Positions 42,125 through 51,597 of a stretch of 64,000 nucleotides of DNA are shown one piece after another. The translations under genes were made by a program, and so were the position numbers. Under the pieces are notes generated by a model that ran no database searches, was not told where the DNA came from, and worked only from the letters and a program-made list of their open reading frames with translations. Numbering within the stretch: position 1 is the stretch's first letter; each line of letters opens with the position of its first letter. The DNA is taken from the NCBI GenBank assembly GCA_947168365.1, contig CAMVLO010000009.1:11141-75140 (forward strand), read 5' to 3'. Origin of the DNA: an uncultured Bacteroidales bacterium (GTDB taxonomy: Bacteria; Bacteroidota; Bacteroidia; Bacteroidales; UBA3824).

Positions 42125-42132
42125 CAAAGATA
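42125..42132 (-). promoter_or_regulatory. Candidate -7 box (TATCTTTG) for the purF-like gene
   Basis: TAnnTTTG match on the minus strand about 40 nt upstream of the ATG at 42085. Confidence 0.4.
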
Positions 42133-42378
42133 GGAAAAAAATGTTTTTTTGGAAAACAAAAAATTCAACATTTATAAAAAGGTCTCATCAAAACCACTAT
42201 CTCTGTATAATACCCGATATTTTTTTTAACATCTTTTATAGAAATATCATATAAAAATATTATAACAACTAAATGATTATTAACGGGAAATATATACTTT
42301 TGCAAAAACTTTAATTAACAAATTATTCTATCAAAAATCTGATTTTCTATAATATAAACCAATAATAAATAAACAGAA

Positions 42379-42642
42379 ATGATTAAAAAAATCAAGGAAT
42401 TTTTACAAGGTCTATCCTTCAAAACAGGTGTAATTGTTTTATCACTTTGCATACCTTTTTACATCTTATCTTTTTATCAGGCGACATTTGATTCACTCTC
42501 TGCACAAACCAAAGGTGTATTATGGGTAATATTGTTCGGACTTGCCAAAACATTTCAATACGGAGGTCTTACAATTCTTGGTGCTGAAGGTATCAAAAGA
42601 TTAAAAGCAAAATTCAAAAAGAACAAAAAAGAATTGCAATAA
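42379..42642 (+). CDS. Small membrane protein resembling 'transporter suffix domain' proteins
   Basis: The 87-aa ORF has two hydrophobic helices and a basic tail, KRLKAKFKKNKKELQ. A TACTTTTG -7-like box lies at 42295-42302. Confidence 0.5.
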   Translation: MIKKIKEFLQGLSFKTGVIVLSLCIPFYILSFYQATFDSLSAQTKGVLWVILFGLAKTFQYGGLTILGAEGIKRLKAKFKKNKKELQ

Positions 42643-42858
42643 CGGATTTTTAAATTACAAGGTTTTAAAAATCTTCGGATTTTATCATTCAATTATTCCG
42701 AGGATTTAAAAAGCATTTTATTATTCCGGGGATTTAAAACCTACGGTTTACATCCCCGTCGATATTCAAACACCACTCCGTGGTTACATCGCATTCATGT
42801 AGACTTACATAAATTTAGTACTTTTCATTATTAAATCGCTTGCGAAAATTAAATCAGT

Positions 42859-42987
42859 TTATTTACGTTTTATGCAATGTCCGCAACAACAATCTTTGTT
42901 TTTTTTACGAAACATCGATACGATTTTGCATAAAACGTAAATTACTGATATTAAAATCAATATATATGTTATTATCTCCTGCCACAT
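42859..42987 (-). CDS. FeoB-associated Cys-rich small membrane protein (42 aa, absent from the ORF track)
   Basis: My translation is MWQEIITYILILISVIYVLCKIVSMFRKKNKDCCCGHCIKRK. The ATG at 42985-42987 is 1 nt after the feoB stop. It has one TM followed by a CCCGHC tail, as in the known FeoB-associated family. Confidence 0.75.
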   Translation of the reverse strand: MWQEIITYILILISVIYVLCKIVSMFRKKNKDCCCGHCIKRK

Positions 42988-42988
42988 C

Positions 42989-45526
42989 TTAAAACATCTT
43001 ACCGATTGAATTAATTGCAAATGCTAACAACCACGCAATTGTAATACTATATGCAACTGAAATAAGTACCCATTTTGCTGTACCGGATTCTTTCGCCATA
43101 GCAACTGCCGTAGCAATACAAGGAAAATATATCAATACAAAAATCATAAAGCCGAAAGCCGCGTATGGTGTCAACGGCAAATCTGAAGTTTTGTCGTTAG
43201 ATATTTTTTCTGCTAATGATTGTGTATCATCTGTTTCGGAGTGATACAACACTCCCATTGTAGAAACAACTATTTCTTTGGCAGCGATACCGGTGAAAAT
43301 AGAAATTCCCAATTTCCAATTAAATCCAAGAGGTTGGAGTACAGGTTCTACAAATTTTCCGATTCTGCCGATATAACTGCATTCTTGACGTAAATAATTA
43401 TATTCAGCCTCTTTGATAGTCAATATGCTATCTCTCTCTTTGATAGTATTTTCAATCAAAGTTTCATCCGAAAGATTAGCAATTTTAGAATCATATCTGT
43501 CTTGCAAAACTGCCATCTTGTTTTTTAAAGATTCAGTTTCTGGAGTTGACATCGGGAAATATCCTAAAGCCCAAATAATAATTGAAGCAATAAGAATAAT
43601 ACCGCCCATTTTCTTGAGATACTGAACTGATTTTTCCCACATGTGAACCAAAACACTTTTCAAAGTAGGAATACGGTAAGGCGGCAGTTCCATTACAAAA
43701 GGTGCATCTTGACTTTTGAATGTAGTTTTACGTAACAAAATTGCTGTAAGACAAGCAACAAAAATTCCGATTGCATAAACAGATGTTGTAACAATTGCCT
43801 GATGTTGAGCAAAAAAAGCTCCGACGATAACAGTATACAGCGGTAATCTTGCCGAACAACTCATATACGGACTTATCATCATAGTCAACAACCTGTCACT
43901 ACGGTTTTCAAGAGTACGAGTTGCCATTACAGAGGGCACATTGCACCCGAAACCCATAATCAACGGTATAAACGATTTGCCGTGAAGACCGATTTTATGC
44001 ATTATCTTGTCCATCAAAAAAGCAACTCGAGCCATATATCCGGAGTCTTCCATAAAAGATATGAACATAAAAAGTAAAACGATGTTAGGTAAAAATACAA
44101 TAACACCTCCTACCCCGCCGATAATACCGTCCACGAGTAAATCTTTCAGCATACCGTCGTCCAAATTATCTTTTACGATACCGCCCAACCAATCAACAAA
44201 CATCCCGATCCAATCCATCGGATATTGTCCGACAATGAATGTAACCTCAAACATCATGAAAATCACAAACAAGAAAATCGGGAATCCTAAAAATTTGTGT
44301 GTTATTACCTTATCAATTTTATCAGTAAATTTTCTGGTGTTGACATTTCCTATCTTGAGAGTTTCTGCCAAAGCGCCGTTTATAAAACCGTAACGGATAT
44401 CAGTAATAACAGATTCTGTATCAGCATTATAAGCAGCCTCCAGATTTTTGATTTCAATTTTTGTTTGATTGATAATACAAGACGGTTCGTCGATATGAGC
44501 TTCTGAACTGTTGCCGTGTGTATGACTTCCTTGCGCTGAATTATTAAGAACAATACGTTCAATCTCGGAATCTTTTTCAAGAAGTTTCAGAGCCATAAAG
44601 CGCGAAGGTATTCTCATAAAGATTTCATTATCATTATGTTGATAAATCTTATCTTGAATATTTTTAATTGATTTTTCGATATCGTTACCATAATTGATAT
44701 GAATATGCCGATAAGTAGAAGATTTGTCTTCGAATATATTAATAATAGTGTCAAACAAAACACCAAACCCTTTTCCCTTATTACTAATAACGGGCACGAA
44801 TGGAATACCAAGCATTCTACCGAGCGAAACATAATCCAGTTTGTCGCCACGAGCCTCCAATTCGTCGTACATATTAAGTGCTGCCACCACTTTTACATCC
44901 ATATCAATAAGTTGGGTAGTAAGATACATATTACGTTCCAAGTTACTAGCATCCAACATGTTGATAATAATATCCGGAGATTGTTCTGTTATAAAACGTC
45001 TTACATAAAGTTCTTCGGCAGAATAAGCGGTTAATGAATATGTACCAGGCAAATCGGTAATATTAAAAATATAATCCTTGTAAACAAATTTTGCCGTTTT
45101 GGCATCAACAGTAACTCCTGAATAATTTCCGACTCTCTCTTTACTACCGGAAGCAAAATTATAGAAAGTAGTTTTACCGCAATTAGGATTTCCCACAAGA
45201 CCGACATTAATAACATTGCCATGGTCTTTCAGTTCATTTTCAACAAGTTGTTCAAAAGTAAGTTCATGATTTCCCTCTTCCAAAGATGATTTGGCAATAT
45301 GTTCCATCGTAACAACCTCAATCATCTTAGACTCACTACGTCTTAGCGAAACATGATATCCCATAATTTCGTATTCAATAGGATCGTTAAAAGGAGCTTT
45401 TTTTACAACATGAACATGTTTACCTTTTACAAAACCCATTTCCATAATACGTTTGCGGAATGTACCGCGACCTATTACTTTGGTAATTATGGCATCACTA
45501 CCAATTTCAACTTCACTGAGATTCAT
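42989..45526 (-). CDS. feoB: Ferrous iron transporter, fused FeoA-FeoB
   Basis: The 845-aa ORF has an N-terminal FeoA/SH3-like domain (about 75 aa). The G domain follows (GLVGNPNCGKTTFYN, DLPGTYSL), then a polytopic permease. Confidence 0.93.
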   Translation of the reverse strand: MNLSEVEIGSDAIITKVIGRGTFRKRIMEMGFVKGKHVHVVKKAPFNDPIEYEIMGYHVSLRRSESKMIEVVTMEHIAKSSLEEGNHELTFEQLVENELKDHGNVINVGLVGNPNCGKTTFYNFASGSKERVGNYSGVTVDAKTAKFVYKDYIFNITDLPGTYSLTAYSAEELYVRRFITEQSPDIIINMLDASNLERNMYLTTQLIDMDVKVVAALNMYDELEARGDKLDYVSLGRMLGIPFVPVISNKGKGFGVLFDTIINIFEDKSSTYRHIHINYGNDIEKSIKNIQDKIYQHNDNEIFMRIPSRFMALKLLEKDSEIERIVLNNSAQGSHTHGNSSEAHIDEPSCIINQTKIEIKNLEAAYNADTESVITDIRYGFINGALAETLKIGNVNTRKFTDKIDKVITHKFLGFPIFLFVIFMMFEVTFIVGQYPMDWIGMFVDWLGGIVKDNLDDGMLKDLLVDGIIGGVGGVIVFLPNIVLLFMFISFMEDSGYMARVAFLMDKIMHKIGLHGKSFIPLIMGFGCNVPSVMATRTLENRSDRLLTMMISPYMSCSARLPLYTVIVGAFFAQHQAIVTTSVYAIGIFVACLTAILLRKTTFKSQDAPFVMELPPYRIPTLKSVLVHMWEKSVQYLKKMGGIILIASIIIWALGYFPMSTPETESLKNKMAVLQDRYDSKIANLSDETLIENTIKERDSILTIKEAEYNYLRQECSYIGRIGKFVEPVLQPLGFNWKLGISIFTGIAAKEIVVSTMGVLYHSETDDTQSLAEKISNDKTSDLPLTPYAAFGFMIFVLIYFPCIATAVAMAKESGTAKWVLISVAYSITIAWLLAFAINSIGKMF

Positions 45527-45658
45527 ACCGATATAATTATAAAAATACAGCTACAAAAATACAAAGTCAAAAAATAGTCCGCAATACTCAAAAGTAGGTA
45601 TTTTGATAATTAAATAATACTTAATTTTGGGTATCGTAATAATTTAACATCACAACAA

Positions 45659-46906
45659 TTATTCGTCCAGAGCATTAAAGTTTTCTACATCACGCAAACG
45701 TCTTTCTATAGCACGACTACGAACGCCTGCCGAATCAATAACGTTAGCAGCTTCGTTAAGCTTTTTACGAGTTTTGTCGAGCACATCACCAAAGTTGGAA
45801 AATTCGGTTTTTACTTGTGATAACAGTTTCCAAACTTCAGAACTGCGTTTTTCGATTGCCAATGTTCTGAATCCCATTTGTAAACTAGAAAGAAATGCTG
45901 CTAAATTGGCAGGACCTGTTACTGTAATTTTGTAATCACGGCGTAATGTTTCAAACAATCCGGTTCTACGCAAAATTTCAGCATAAAGACCTTCGGTTGG
46001 TACAAACATAATTGCAAAATCTGTAGTAGAAGGCGGCATTATATATTTACTATTGATTTCAGCAGCGCATCTTTTTACAGAAATTTCAAAATTACGACCT
46101 TCTTTTTCGATGTCGCCACCATTGTCGTAAGCTTCAATCAAACGCTGATAATCTTCAATAGGGAATTTAGAATCTATCGGCAACAGAACAGGTTTGCCGT
46201 CAGGATCGGAACCCGGCAGTTTTACCGCAAATTCTACTCTACGTTGCGAATCTTCTTCTACACAAGCATTTACGATATATTGCTCAGGACTAAGAATTTG
46301 CTCTAAAATATTTCCAAGTTCCACCTCACCCATGTTTCCTCGGGTTTTAACATTGGATAATACTTTTTTCAAATCGGTAACACCTTCTGCCAAACCGTGC
46401 ATTTCGCCTAAACCTTTAGAAACTTGCTCCAAACGTTCGCTAATCAACTTAAAAGATTTATCAAAACGAGTTTCAATAGTTTCTTTAAGTTTGTCATCAA
46501 CAATATTTTTAATTTCATCAAGTTTAAGACGGGTTTCTTCTCTAATTTCTTTCAAAGCCTTAGTAGTTTCATCGCGGTTGGCTTGAGCAGATGCTGCAAA
46601 AAGAACATGTAATTCTTTCAATCGTTCAGAAAACAATTGCAATTGAATTTTTTGAGATTGAGCCAACGCATCCACATTACGCCCCACCGATTCACCCATA
46701 AGTCTAAATTGAGCTCCCATCTCAATACGAGATTGAGATTCAGAATTTTGACGGTCACGCCGCGAAGTATCAAATTCCTCGGAAACTACGTCTTCCAACC
46801 TTTCGATTTCGCCACGCAACTCACGAAGCTGCTGTTTTGTTAAAAAAAATCCCAACAACGAGATTATTGCGAATATACTGATTAAAATTAATGTTACAAT
46901 TTCCAT
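45659..46906 (-). CDS. rmuC: DNA recombination protein RmuC
   Basis: The ORF is open to TTG 46918, and the ATG at 46904-46906 gives MEIVTLILISIF (TM). The rest is a long coiled coil and a C-terminal nuclease-like region, which is typical of RmuC. Confidence 0.85.
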   Translation of the reverse strand: MEIVTLILISIFAIISLLGFFLTKQQLRELRGEIERLEDVVSEEFDTSRRDRQNSESQSRIEMGAQFRLMGESVGRNVDALAQSQKIQLQLFSERLKELHVLFAASAQANRDETTKALKEIREETRLKLDEIKNIVDDKLKETIETRFDKSFKLISERLEQVSKGLGEMHGLAEGVTDLKKVLSNVKTRGNMGEVELGNILEQILSPEQYIVNACVEEDSQRRVEFAVKLPGSDPDGKPVLLPIDSKFPIEDYQRLIEAYDNGGDIEKEGRNFEISVKRCAAEINSKYIMPPSTTDFAIMFVPTEGLYAEILRRTGLFETLRRDYKITVTGPANLAAFLSSLQMGFRTLAIEKRSSEVWKLLSQVKTEFSNFGDVLDKTRKKLNEAANVIDSAGVRSRAIERRLRDVENFNALDE

Positions 46907-46967
46907 AACTAAAAGCAAACAAAACTAATACTAAAAGAAGTCAATTTTTCATTTTAATTTTTTTTAA

Positions 46968-47729
46968 CTAAAATTCTACCTGCAAACCATCGTAAGCAAG
47001 CGTAACATTCTCAGGCAAAGATGCTTGTACCTCATCATAAAAACCCAAAGTATGTCCCACATGAGTAATCCAAGCATGTTTGGGATTAATACGCGAAATC
47101 AGATCCAAAGCCTGCTGAAGTGTAAAATGCGAAGGATGCGGCTCTTTGCGCAAAGCATTAACCACAAGATATTCCGTACCTTCTATTTTTTTTACAGATT
47201 CTTCACTGATAAAACTTGCATCAGTAATATACGTAAAATTATCAAACCGATAAGCATCCACTTTCATTTTGGCATGCATTACAATAATAGGAACCACCTT
47301 TACGCCAAGCACCTCAAAAGGCTGATCATCAATACGATGAAGCTCAATATCCGGCACTCCCGGATACCTGTTTTCGCCGAAACAATACGAGAAATCACGT
47401 TCCAAACGTTGACAAACATACTCAGAGCCGTAAACCGGAATAAAAGCCTTTTGCTGATAACAAAACGGTCTGATATCGTCCAACCCAGCAATATGATCGC
47501 GGTGAATATGAGTAATAAGCACAGCATCAATATGTTGCACATGATTTTTCAGACATTGCATCCTAAAATCAGGACCGGTATCCACAATAAAATTTTTATT
47601 GTCAACCGAAACAAGAACCGAGCTTCTAAAACGCTGATCTTTGGGATTTTGCGATTGACAAATCTCACATTTACAACCAATAATGGGAACCCCCATAGAA
47701 GTACCTGTACCTAAGAAAGTAACTTTCAT
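46968..47729 (-). CDS. MBL-fold metallo-hydrolase (PhnP-like)
   Basis: The likely start is the ATG at 47727-47729, giving MKVTFLGTGTSMGVPIIGCKCEIC. The HxHxDH motif is THIHRDHIAG. The upstream 50 codons of the tracked ORF are probably not translated. Confidence 0.85.
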   Translation of the reverse strand: MKVTFLGTGTSMGVPIIGCKCEICQSQNPKDQRFRSSVLVSVDNKNFIVDTGPDFRMQCLKNHVQHIDAVLITHIHRDHIAGLDDIRPFCYQQKAFIPVYGSEYVCQRLERDFSYCFGENRYPGVPDIELHRIDDQPFEVLGVKVVPIIVMHAKMKVDAYRFDNFTYITDASFISEESVKKIEGTEYLVVNALRKEPHPSHFTLQQALDLISRINPKHAWITHVGHTLGFYDEVQASLPENVTLAYDGLQVEF

Positions 47730-47820
47730 AACCAAATAATTTTCCACAAAATTAAAAAAATTTACAGATTTGAATATAAATATGTAATTTTGGATTAAAA
47801 TTTGATAAAAGATTAACAGT

Positions 47821-48309
47821 ATGGCATCAAAAGAAGAGATAAAAAAGAACATCGAAGACAATGCAGGCAGTATAAACAAAAAAGATTATGTGTTCTACAA
47901 TATTGATTTTCTAAACACATTAGCCGACGCGACAGAAAAAGAAAGAATAAAATGCCAAGAATGTGTTGGAAATCTGGAATTATTATTAACTTTGTCGCGA
48001 AATTATCCTGCCCAAATTCAGTCCGGTTCAAAAGGCAAAAAAGAGTTGGAGGAGGCTGTAGAAGGTATAACAAATCATTTGATAAAAGTACACGGATACA
48101 GAAGAAAAGGCTGGCAAAAAGCACTATATACATTTTTTGGCTTGATAATTGGATTGACAATAGCAGCATTAGTATCGAAATTTGCAATAGTAAATTTGGA
48201 AACCGCGAAAATCGCATTTTGTCTGATTACGGTGATATTTTGGATAACCGGTAGCATAATAGGCGGTATCAAAGAACGCCGACAAGCAAAAAGCGGAAAA
48301 ATATTATAG
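47821..48309 (+). CDS. Hypothetical membrane protein (soluble N-domain plus 2 C-terminal TM helices)
   Basis: The 162-aa ORF is divergent from the MBL gene. I recognised no family. Confidence 0.55.
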   Translation: MASKEEIKKNIEDNAGSINKKDYVFYNIDFLNTLADATEKERIKCQECVGNLELLLTLSRNYPAQIQSGSKGKKELEEAVEGITNHLIKVHGYRRKGWQKALYTFFGLIIGLTIAALVSKFAIVNLETAKIAFCLITVIFWITGSIIGGIKERRQAKSGKIL

Positions 48310-48336
48310 TTTTTTTTTGATTAAAAAAAAAATTTA

Positions 48337-48344
48337 TAATTTTG
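48337..48344 (+). promoter_or_regulatory. Candidate -7 box (TAATTTTG) with an upstream TTTG for the TPR lipoprotein gene
   Basis: TAnnTTTG lies at 48337-48344 and TTTG at 48316-48319, about 50 nt upstream of the ATG at 48394. Confidence 0.45.
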
Positions 48345-48393
48345 CGGAATTAAAAATTGAAACACATATAATAAATAAATTGTAGTAGTAATT

Positions 48394-50172
48394 ATGAAAA
48401 AAGTAACTGTTAACTATCTGGCATTGATGATTGCAACAGCTTTCGTAGCCGGAGGTTGTAATGGCCTTAAGAAGATGGCTGATAACGCTAATTCTATTGG
48501 ACGCAGTATTACTCCAAATCCATTGGAAATGCACGCCGGTAAAGTTCCTGTAAGCATTACAGTAACATTCCCTGCTAAATACTTCGACAAGAAAGCTTAT
48601 TTAGTTTGCACACCATCAGTAAAATCAGAAACAACTTCTGATGAAACAAAGATGAAGCCTGCAACACTCCAAGGTGAGAAAGTAAAAGACAACAACACAG
48701 TAATTCCTTTCAAAGCAGGTGGTTCTTACACTTATCAAGACACAATCGATTACTCTGATCCATACAGAAGATCAGACCTTATGCTTTCTTTGAAAGCTAC
48801 AAAAGGTTCTGAAACTGTAGACGTAGCAGATATCAAAATCGGCGACGGTATCAACGTAACTCCATTGTTGGTTGAAGAAGGTTTGAAAGTAGACAACGGC
48901 ACAGTAGGCCAGACAGCAGATTCAAAAGGTTCTGCAAGAACTGTAGAAGCTAAAATTGCTAAACCTACAGCAAGTTACGAAACCAAAGATTTGACAATGT
49001 ATTATCCTATGCAGAAAGCTGCTCTTGACAAAAAAGAACAGAAGAAAGCTGACGTAGCAACATTCGTTTCTAACGTACAAGCTGCTGCAAACGATGCTAA
49101 TACAAAGATCAAATCAATCGAAGTTGCATCTTACGCTTCTCCTGATGGTCCTACCGATATGAACGAAAACTTGGTAGACGGTCGTGGTAAAGCAGGTGAA
49201 AAATTCGCTAAAGAAACTTTGAAGAAAGTTGAAGGTACAAGCGATATCATCACTCGTCAGACAACTCAAGCAGAAGACTGGGAAGGTTTCAAGAAAGAAG
49301 CTGAAGCTTCTGATTTGAAAGACAAAGACCTTATCCTCCGTGTTCTTTCTATGTATTCTGATCCTGATGTTCGTGAACGCGAAATCAAAAACATCTCTGC
49401 TGCTTACAACGGTTTGAAGACTTCTGTTCTTCCTAAACTCCGTCGTTCTGAAATCAAAGCTGTTTTGGAAACTAAAGAAAAAACAGAAGCAGAACTTATC
49501 GACTTGGCTAAAAACGACAAAGATAAACTTTCTCAAGACGAAGCTCTTTACACTTCTACCTTGGAAAATCTTGACGTAGATACAAAAATCGCTCTCTTGA
49601 ACGATTACACAGCTAAATATCCTAACGATTGGAGAGGTTTCAACAACTTGGGTGTTAACTACATCAAAAACAACGACCTCAACAACGCTAAAACAGCTTT
49701 GGAAAGCGCTAAAGCTGTAGACGCTAACCAATCAGCTATTTACAACAACTTAGGTGTTATTGATTTGGCTAACGGTGATACAAACGCTGCTAAAGAAGAT
49801 TTAAGCAAAGCTAAGAACTTAGGTTCTGACGAAGCTGGTTACAACTTGGGTGTTATCAACATCCGCGAAGGCGAATATGCTAAAGCAGTTGCTAACTTCG
49901 GTCAAACTCCTACTTTCAACAAATCTTTGGCTGAACTCCTCAACAAGAACACTTCTGGTGCTTCTTCTACAATCGATGCTGTTGAATCAGAAGACGGTTG
50001 GGTTGACTACTTGAAAGCTATCGTTGCTGCTAAAAACAACAACGAAGACGGTGTAATCTCTAACCTCAAGAGCGCATTCAAGAAAAACGCTGACCTTAAA
50101 GAATACGCTAAACTCGATGTAGAATTCATCCGCTACTTCGAAGAAGATTCTTTCAAAGCAATCGTTGACTAA
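48394..50172 (+). CDS. Lipoprotein with C-terminal TPR repeats, probably highly expressed
   Basis: The 592-aa ORF has the lipobox AFVAGGCNG. TPR-like repeats occupy the last 200 aa or so. Its codon usage (GGT, GCT, AAC, TTC, TAC, GAC, CGT) resembles the ribosomal genes rather than its neighbours. Confidence 0.75.
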   Translation: MKKVTVNYLALMIATAFVAGGCNGLKKMADNANSIGRSITPNPLEMHAGKVPVSITVTFPAKYFDKKAYLVCTPSVKSETTSDETKMKPATLQGEKVKDNNTVIPFKAGGSYTYQDTIDYSDPYRRSDLMLSLKATKGSETVDVADIKIGDGINVTPLLVEEGLKVDNGTVGQTADSKGSARTVEAKIAKPTASYETKDLTMYYPMQKAALDKKEQKKADVATFVSNVQAAANDANTKIKSIEVASYASPDGPTDMNENLVDGRGKAGEKFAKETLKKVEGTSDIITRQTTQAEDWEGFKKEAEASDLKDKDLILRVLSMYSDPDVREREIKNISAAYNGLKTSVLPKLRRSEIKAVLETKEKTEAELIDLAKNDKDKLSQDEALYTSTLENLDVDTKIALLNDYTAKYPNDWRGFNNLGVNYIKNNDLNNAKTALESAKAVDANQSAIYNNLGVIDLANGDTNAAKEDLSKAKNLGSDEAGYNLGVINIREGEYAKAVANFGQTPTFNKSLAELLNKNTSGASSTIDAVESEDGWVDYLKAIVAAKNNNEDGVISNLKSAFKKNADLKEYAKLDVEFIRYFEEDSFKAIVD

Positions 50173-50201
50173 TTAGATTTTTTTTGAAAAATCTCAATAT
50201 T

Positions 50202-50235
50202 AGAGGCTGTCACAAAAATGACAGCCTCTTTTTTT
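50202..50235 (+). terminator. Intrinsic terminator after the TPR lipoprotein gene
   Basis: AGAGGCTGTCA (50202-50212) pairs with TGACAGCCTCT (50218-50228) and is followed by T7. Confidence 0.7.
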
Positions 50236-50310
50236 ATTTTTCTTTCTCACGATTGTTTATTTCTCAAAAATCATTTACCTTTGCCGTTGATAATCAAAAC
50301 CGATACAATT

Positions 50311-51168
50311 ATGCCAAAATATCTTGACCCGAAGGCTGATTTAACCTTCAAGAAAATATTCGGACAACACAAACACTTGGTGATGAGCCTTTTGAATGCG
50401 TTGCTACCCTTGCCCGACGGAATGGTGATTAAGTCGGTTGAATATCTTACACCCGAAAATATTCCGGACACTCCGGCTAAAAAATATTCCATTGTTGATG
50501 TATATTGCACTGACAATTACGGCAGAAAATTTATCGTTGAAATGCAGTCGTATTGGAACACGGAATTTTTTGCCCGTACACTTTTTAATGCAGCAGCTGT
50601 TTACACCAAGCAATTGAAAAAAGGGATGTCGTTCAGCGACTTAAAAGATGTTTACGCTTTGAGCCTTGTAAACGACAAAAACGGGTTCAATTACGGTAAC
50701 GAAGAATATATTCAGGAGTATTATCTTACTAACAAGCAACATGAGGGTGATAAACGTACTGATATTTCAATGGTGTTTATTGTGTTGCCAAACTTTAAAC
50801 CACAAAACCGTGCCGTAAAAAAGATGCACGACCTTTGGCTTAAATTCTTAACAGAAATTGATGAGAACACCATAGATGCAGACCCGGAACTTATTGAAAA
50901 CGAGGATACAAGTGAAGCATTAGAAATGTTGCGTGCTTCGGCATTTACCGACGCTGAGATGTTGGCATACGATAAATATTGGCTTGATGTCAGCACCGAA
51001 AAATCCGCTTTGGAACACGAACGTGCTGAAGGTCGTGCAGAAGGTCGTGCTGAAGGTGAAATGTCCAAAGCCATCACAATTGCCCGCAACCTAAAAGCCG
51101 CAGGTCTTGACATCAATTTTATTGCAGAAAACACAGGTCTTACCGCCGAAGAAATTTCAAAATTGTAA
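50311..51168 (+). CDS. Rpn-family PD-(D/E)xK recombination-promoting nuclease / putative transposase
   Basis: The likely start is ATG 50311 (MPKYLDPKADLTFKKIFG). The core is IVDVYC...FIVEMQSYW. The C-terminus carries an (AEGR)x3 repeat and a helix, as is typical of the family. The upstream part of the tracked ORF crosses the terminator. Confidence 0.8.
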   Translation: MPKYLDPKADLTFKKIFGQHKHLVMSLLNALLPLPDGMVIKSVEYLTPENIPDTPAKKYSIVDVYCTDNYGRKFIVEMQSYWNTEFFARTLFNAAAVYTKQLKKGMSFSDLKDVYALSLVNDKNGFNYGNEEYIQEYYLTNKQHEGDKRTDISMVFIVLPNFKPQNRAVKKMHDLWLKFLTEIDENTIDADPELIENEDTSEALEMLRASAFTDAEMLAYDKYWLDVSTEKSALEHERAEGRAEGRAEGEMSKAITIARNLKAAGLDINFIAENTGLTAEEISKL

Positions 51169-51182
51169 AAATAACAGCAATA

Positions 51183-51222
51183 AAGAAGGAGAAGAATCAA
51201 GTAGTTTTCTCCTTCTTTATTT
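51183..51222 (+). terminator. Intrinsic terminator after the Rpn-family gene
   Basis: AAGAAGGAGAA (51183-51193) pairs with TTCTCCTTCTT (51207-51217) and is followed by TATTTTT. Confidence 0.6.
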
Positions 51223-51460
51223 TTAAGACTATCCCCAAAACCTTAGTTACAGACGAGCCGAACGCATTCCAACCTAAATTTTGCAGTGAGGAATTTTAAA
51301 TAACAAACCACTGACCGATGATAAAATATTTCCGGTTCAATCCATGTGCTGGAGAAATGAAAAAAATCATAAAATTTTCATTTTTTGGCAACTTTTTACT
51401 TACTTTTGCAGTTTAAATAGATATAACACCCAAATTATAATTTATTAATTTCAGAAAATC

Positions 51461-51577
51461 ATGAAAAAAACATTAATCATAATCTTAGCTGTTGCTATTT
51501 GTAGTTGTTTGGCGGCATGCAAAACCGGCTACAAAACAATTCCGTGCCCAAGATTTCAACTTGGCGTAACGAAATAG
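51461..51577 (+). CDS. Small predicted lipoprotein (38 aa, absent from the ORF track)
   Basis: My translation is MKKTLIIILAVAICSCLAACKTGYKTIPCPRFQLGVTK, a signal peptide with a lipobox. A TACTTTTG -7-like box lies at 51401-51408. It ends 20 nt before the ribF ATG. Confidence 0.45.
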   Translation: MKKTLIIILAVAICSCLAACKTGYKTIPCPRFQLGVTK

Positions 51578-51597
51578 CTAAAAGCAATCAATTAAAA

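Noticed and set aside
42643-42858. Possible degenerate CRISPR array or tRNA-like element in the feoB-downstream spacer
   Set aside because: The repeats are short (10-14 nt), imperfect and irregularly spaced. There is no repeat-spacer periodicity, no cas genes and no cloverleaf. They are reported only as unexplained motifs.
47730-47879. 50-codon N-terminal extension of the MBL hydrolase ORF, plus ORF 47813-48217 on the minus strand
   Set aside because: The extension is hydrophobic junk running over the divergent promoter region, and MKVTFLGTGTS is the canonical start. The 134-aa minus-strand ORF is antisense to the 162-aa membrane protein gene and is Leu/Phe/Cys-rich.
50218-50310. N-terminal 31 codons of the tracked ORF 50218-51168
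   Set aside because: The extension begins inside the terminator hairpin of the upstream gene. The family-typical N-terminus MPKYLDPKADLTFKKIFG starts at 50311.
51505-51597. Upstream extension of ribF in the ORF track
   Set aside because: RibF homologs begin near the GTFDGLHxGH motif and MKIVRG at 51598 fits. The extension overlaps the lipoprotein-like micro-ORF in another frame.
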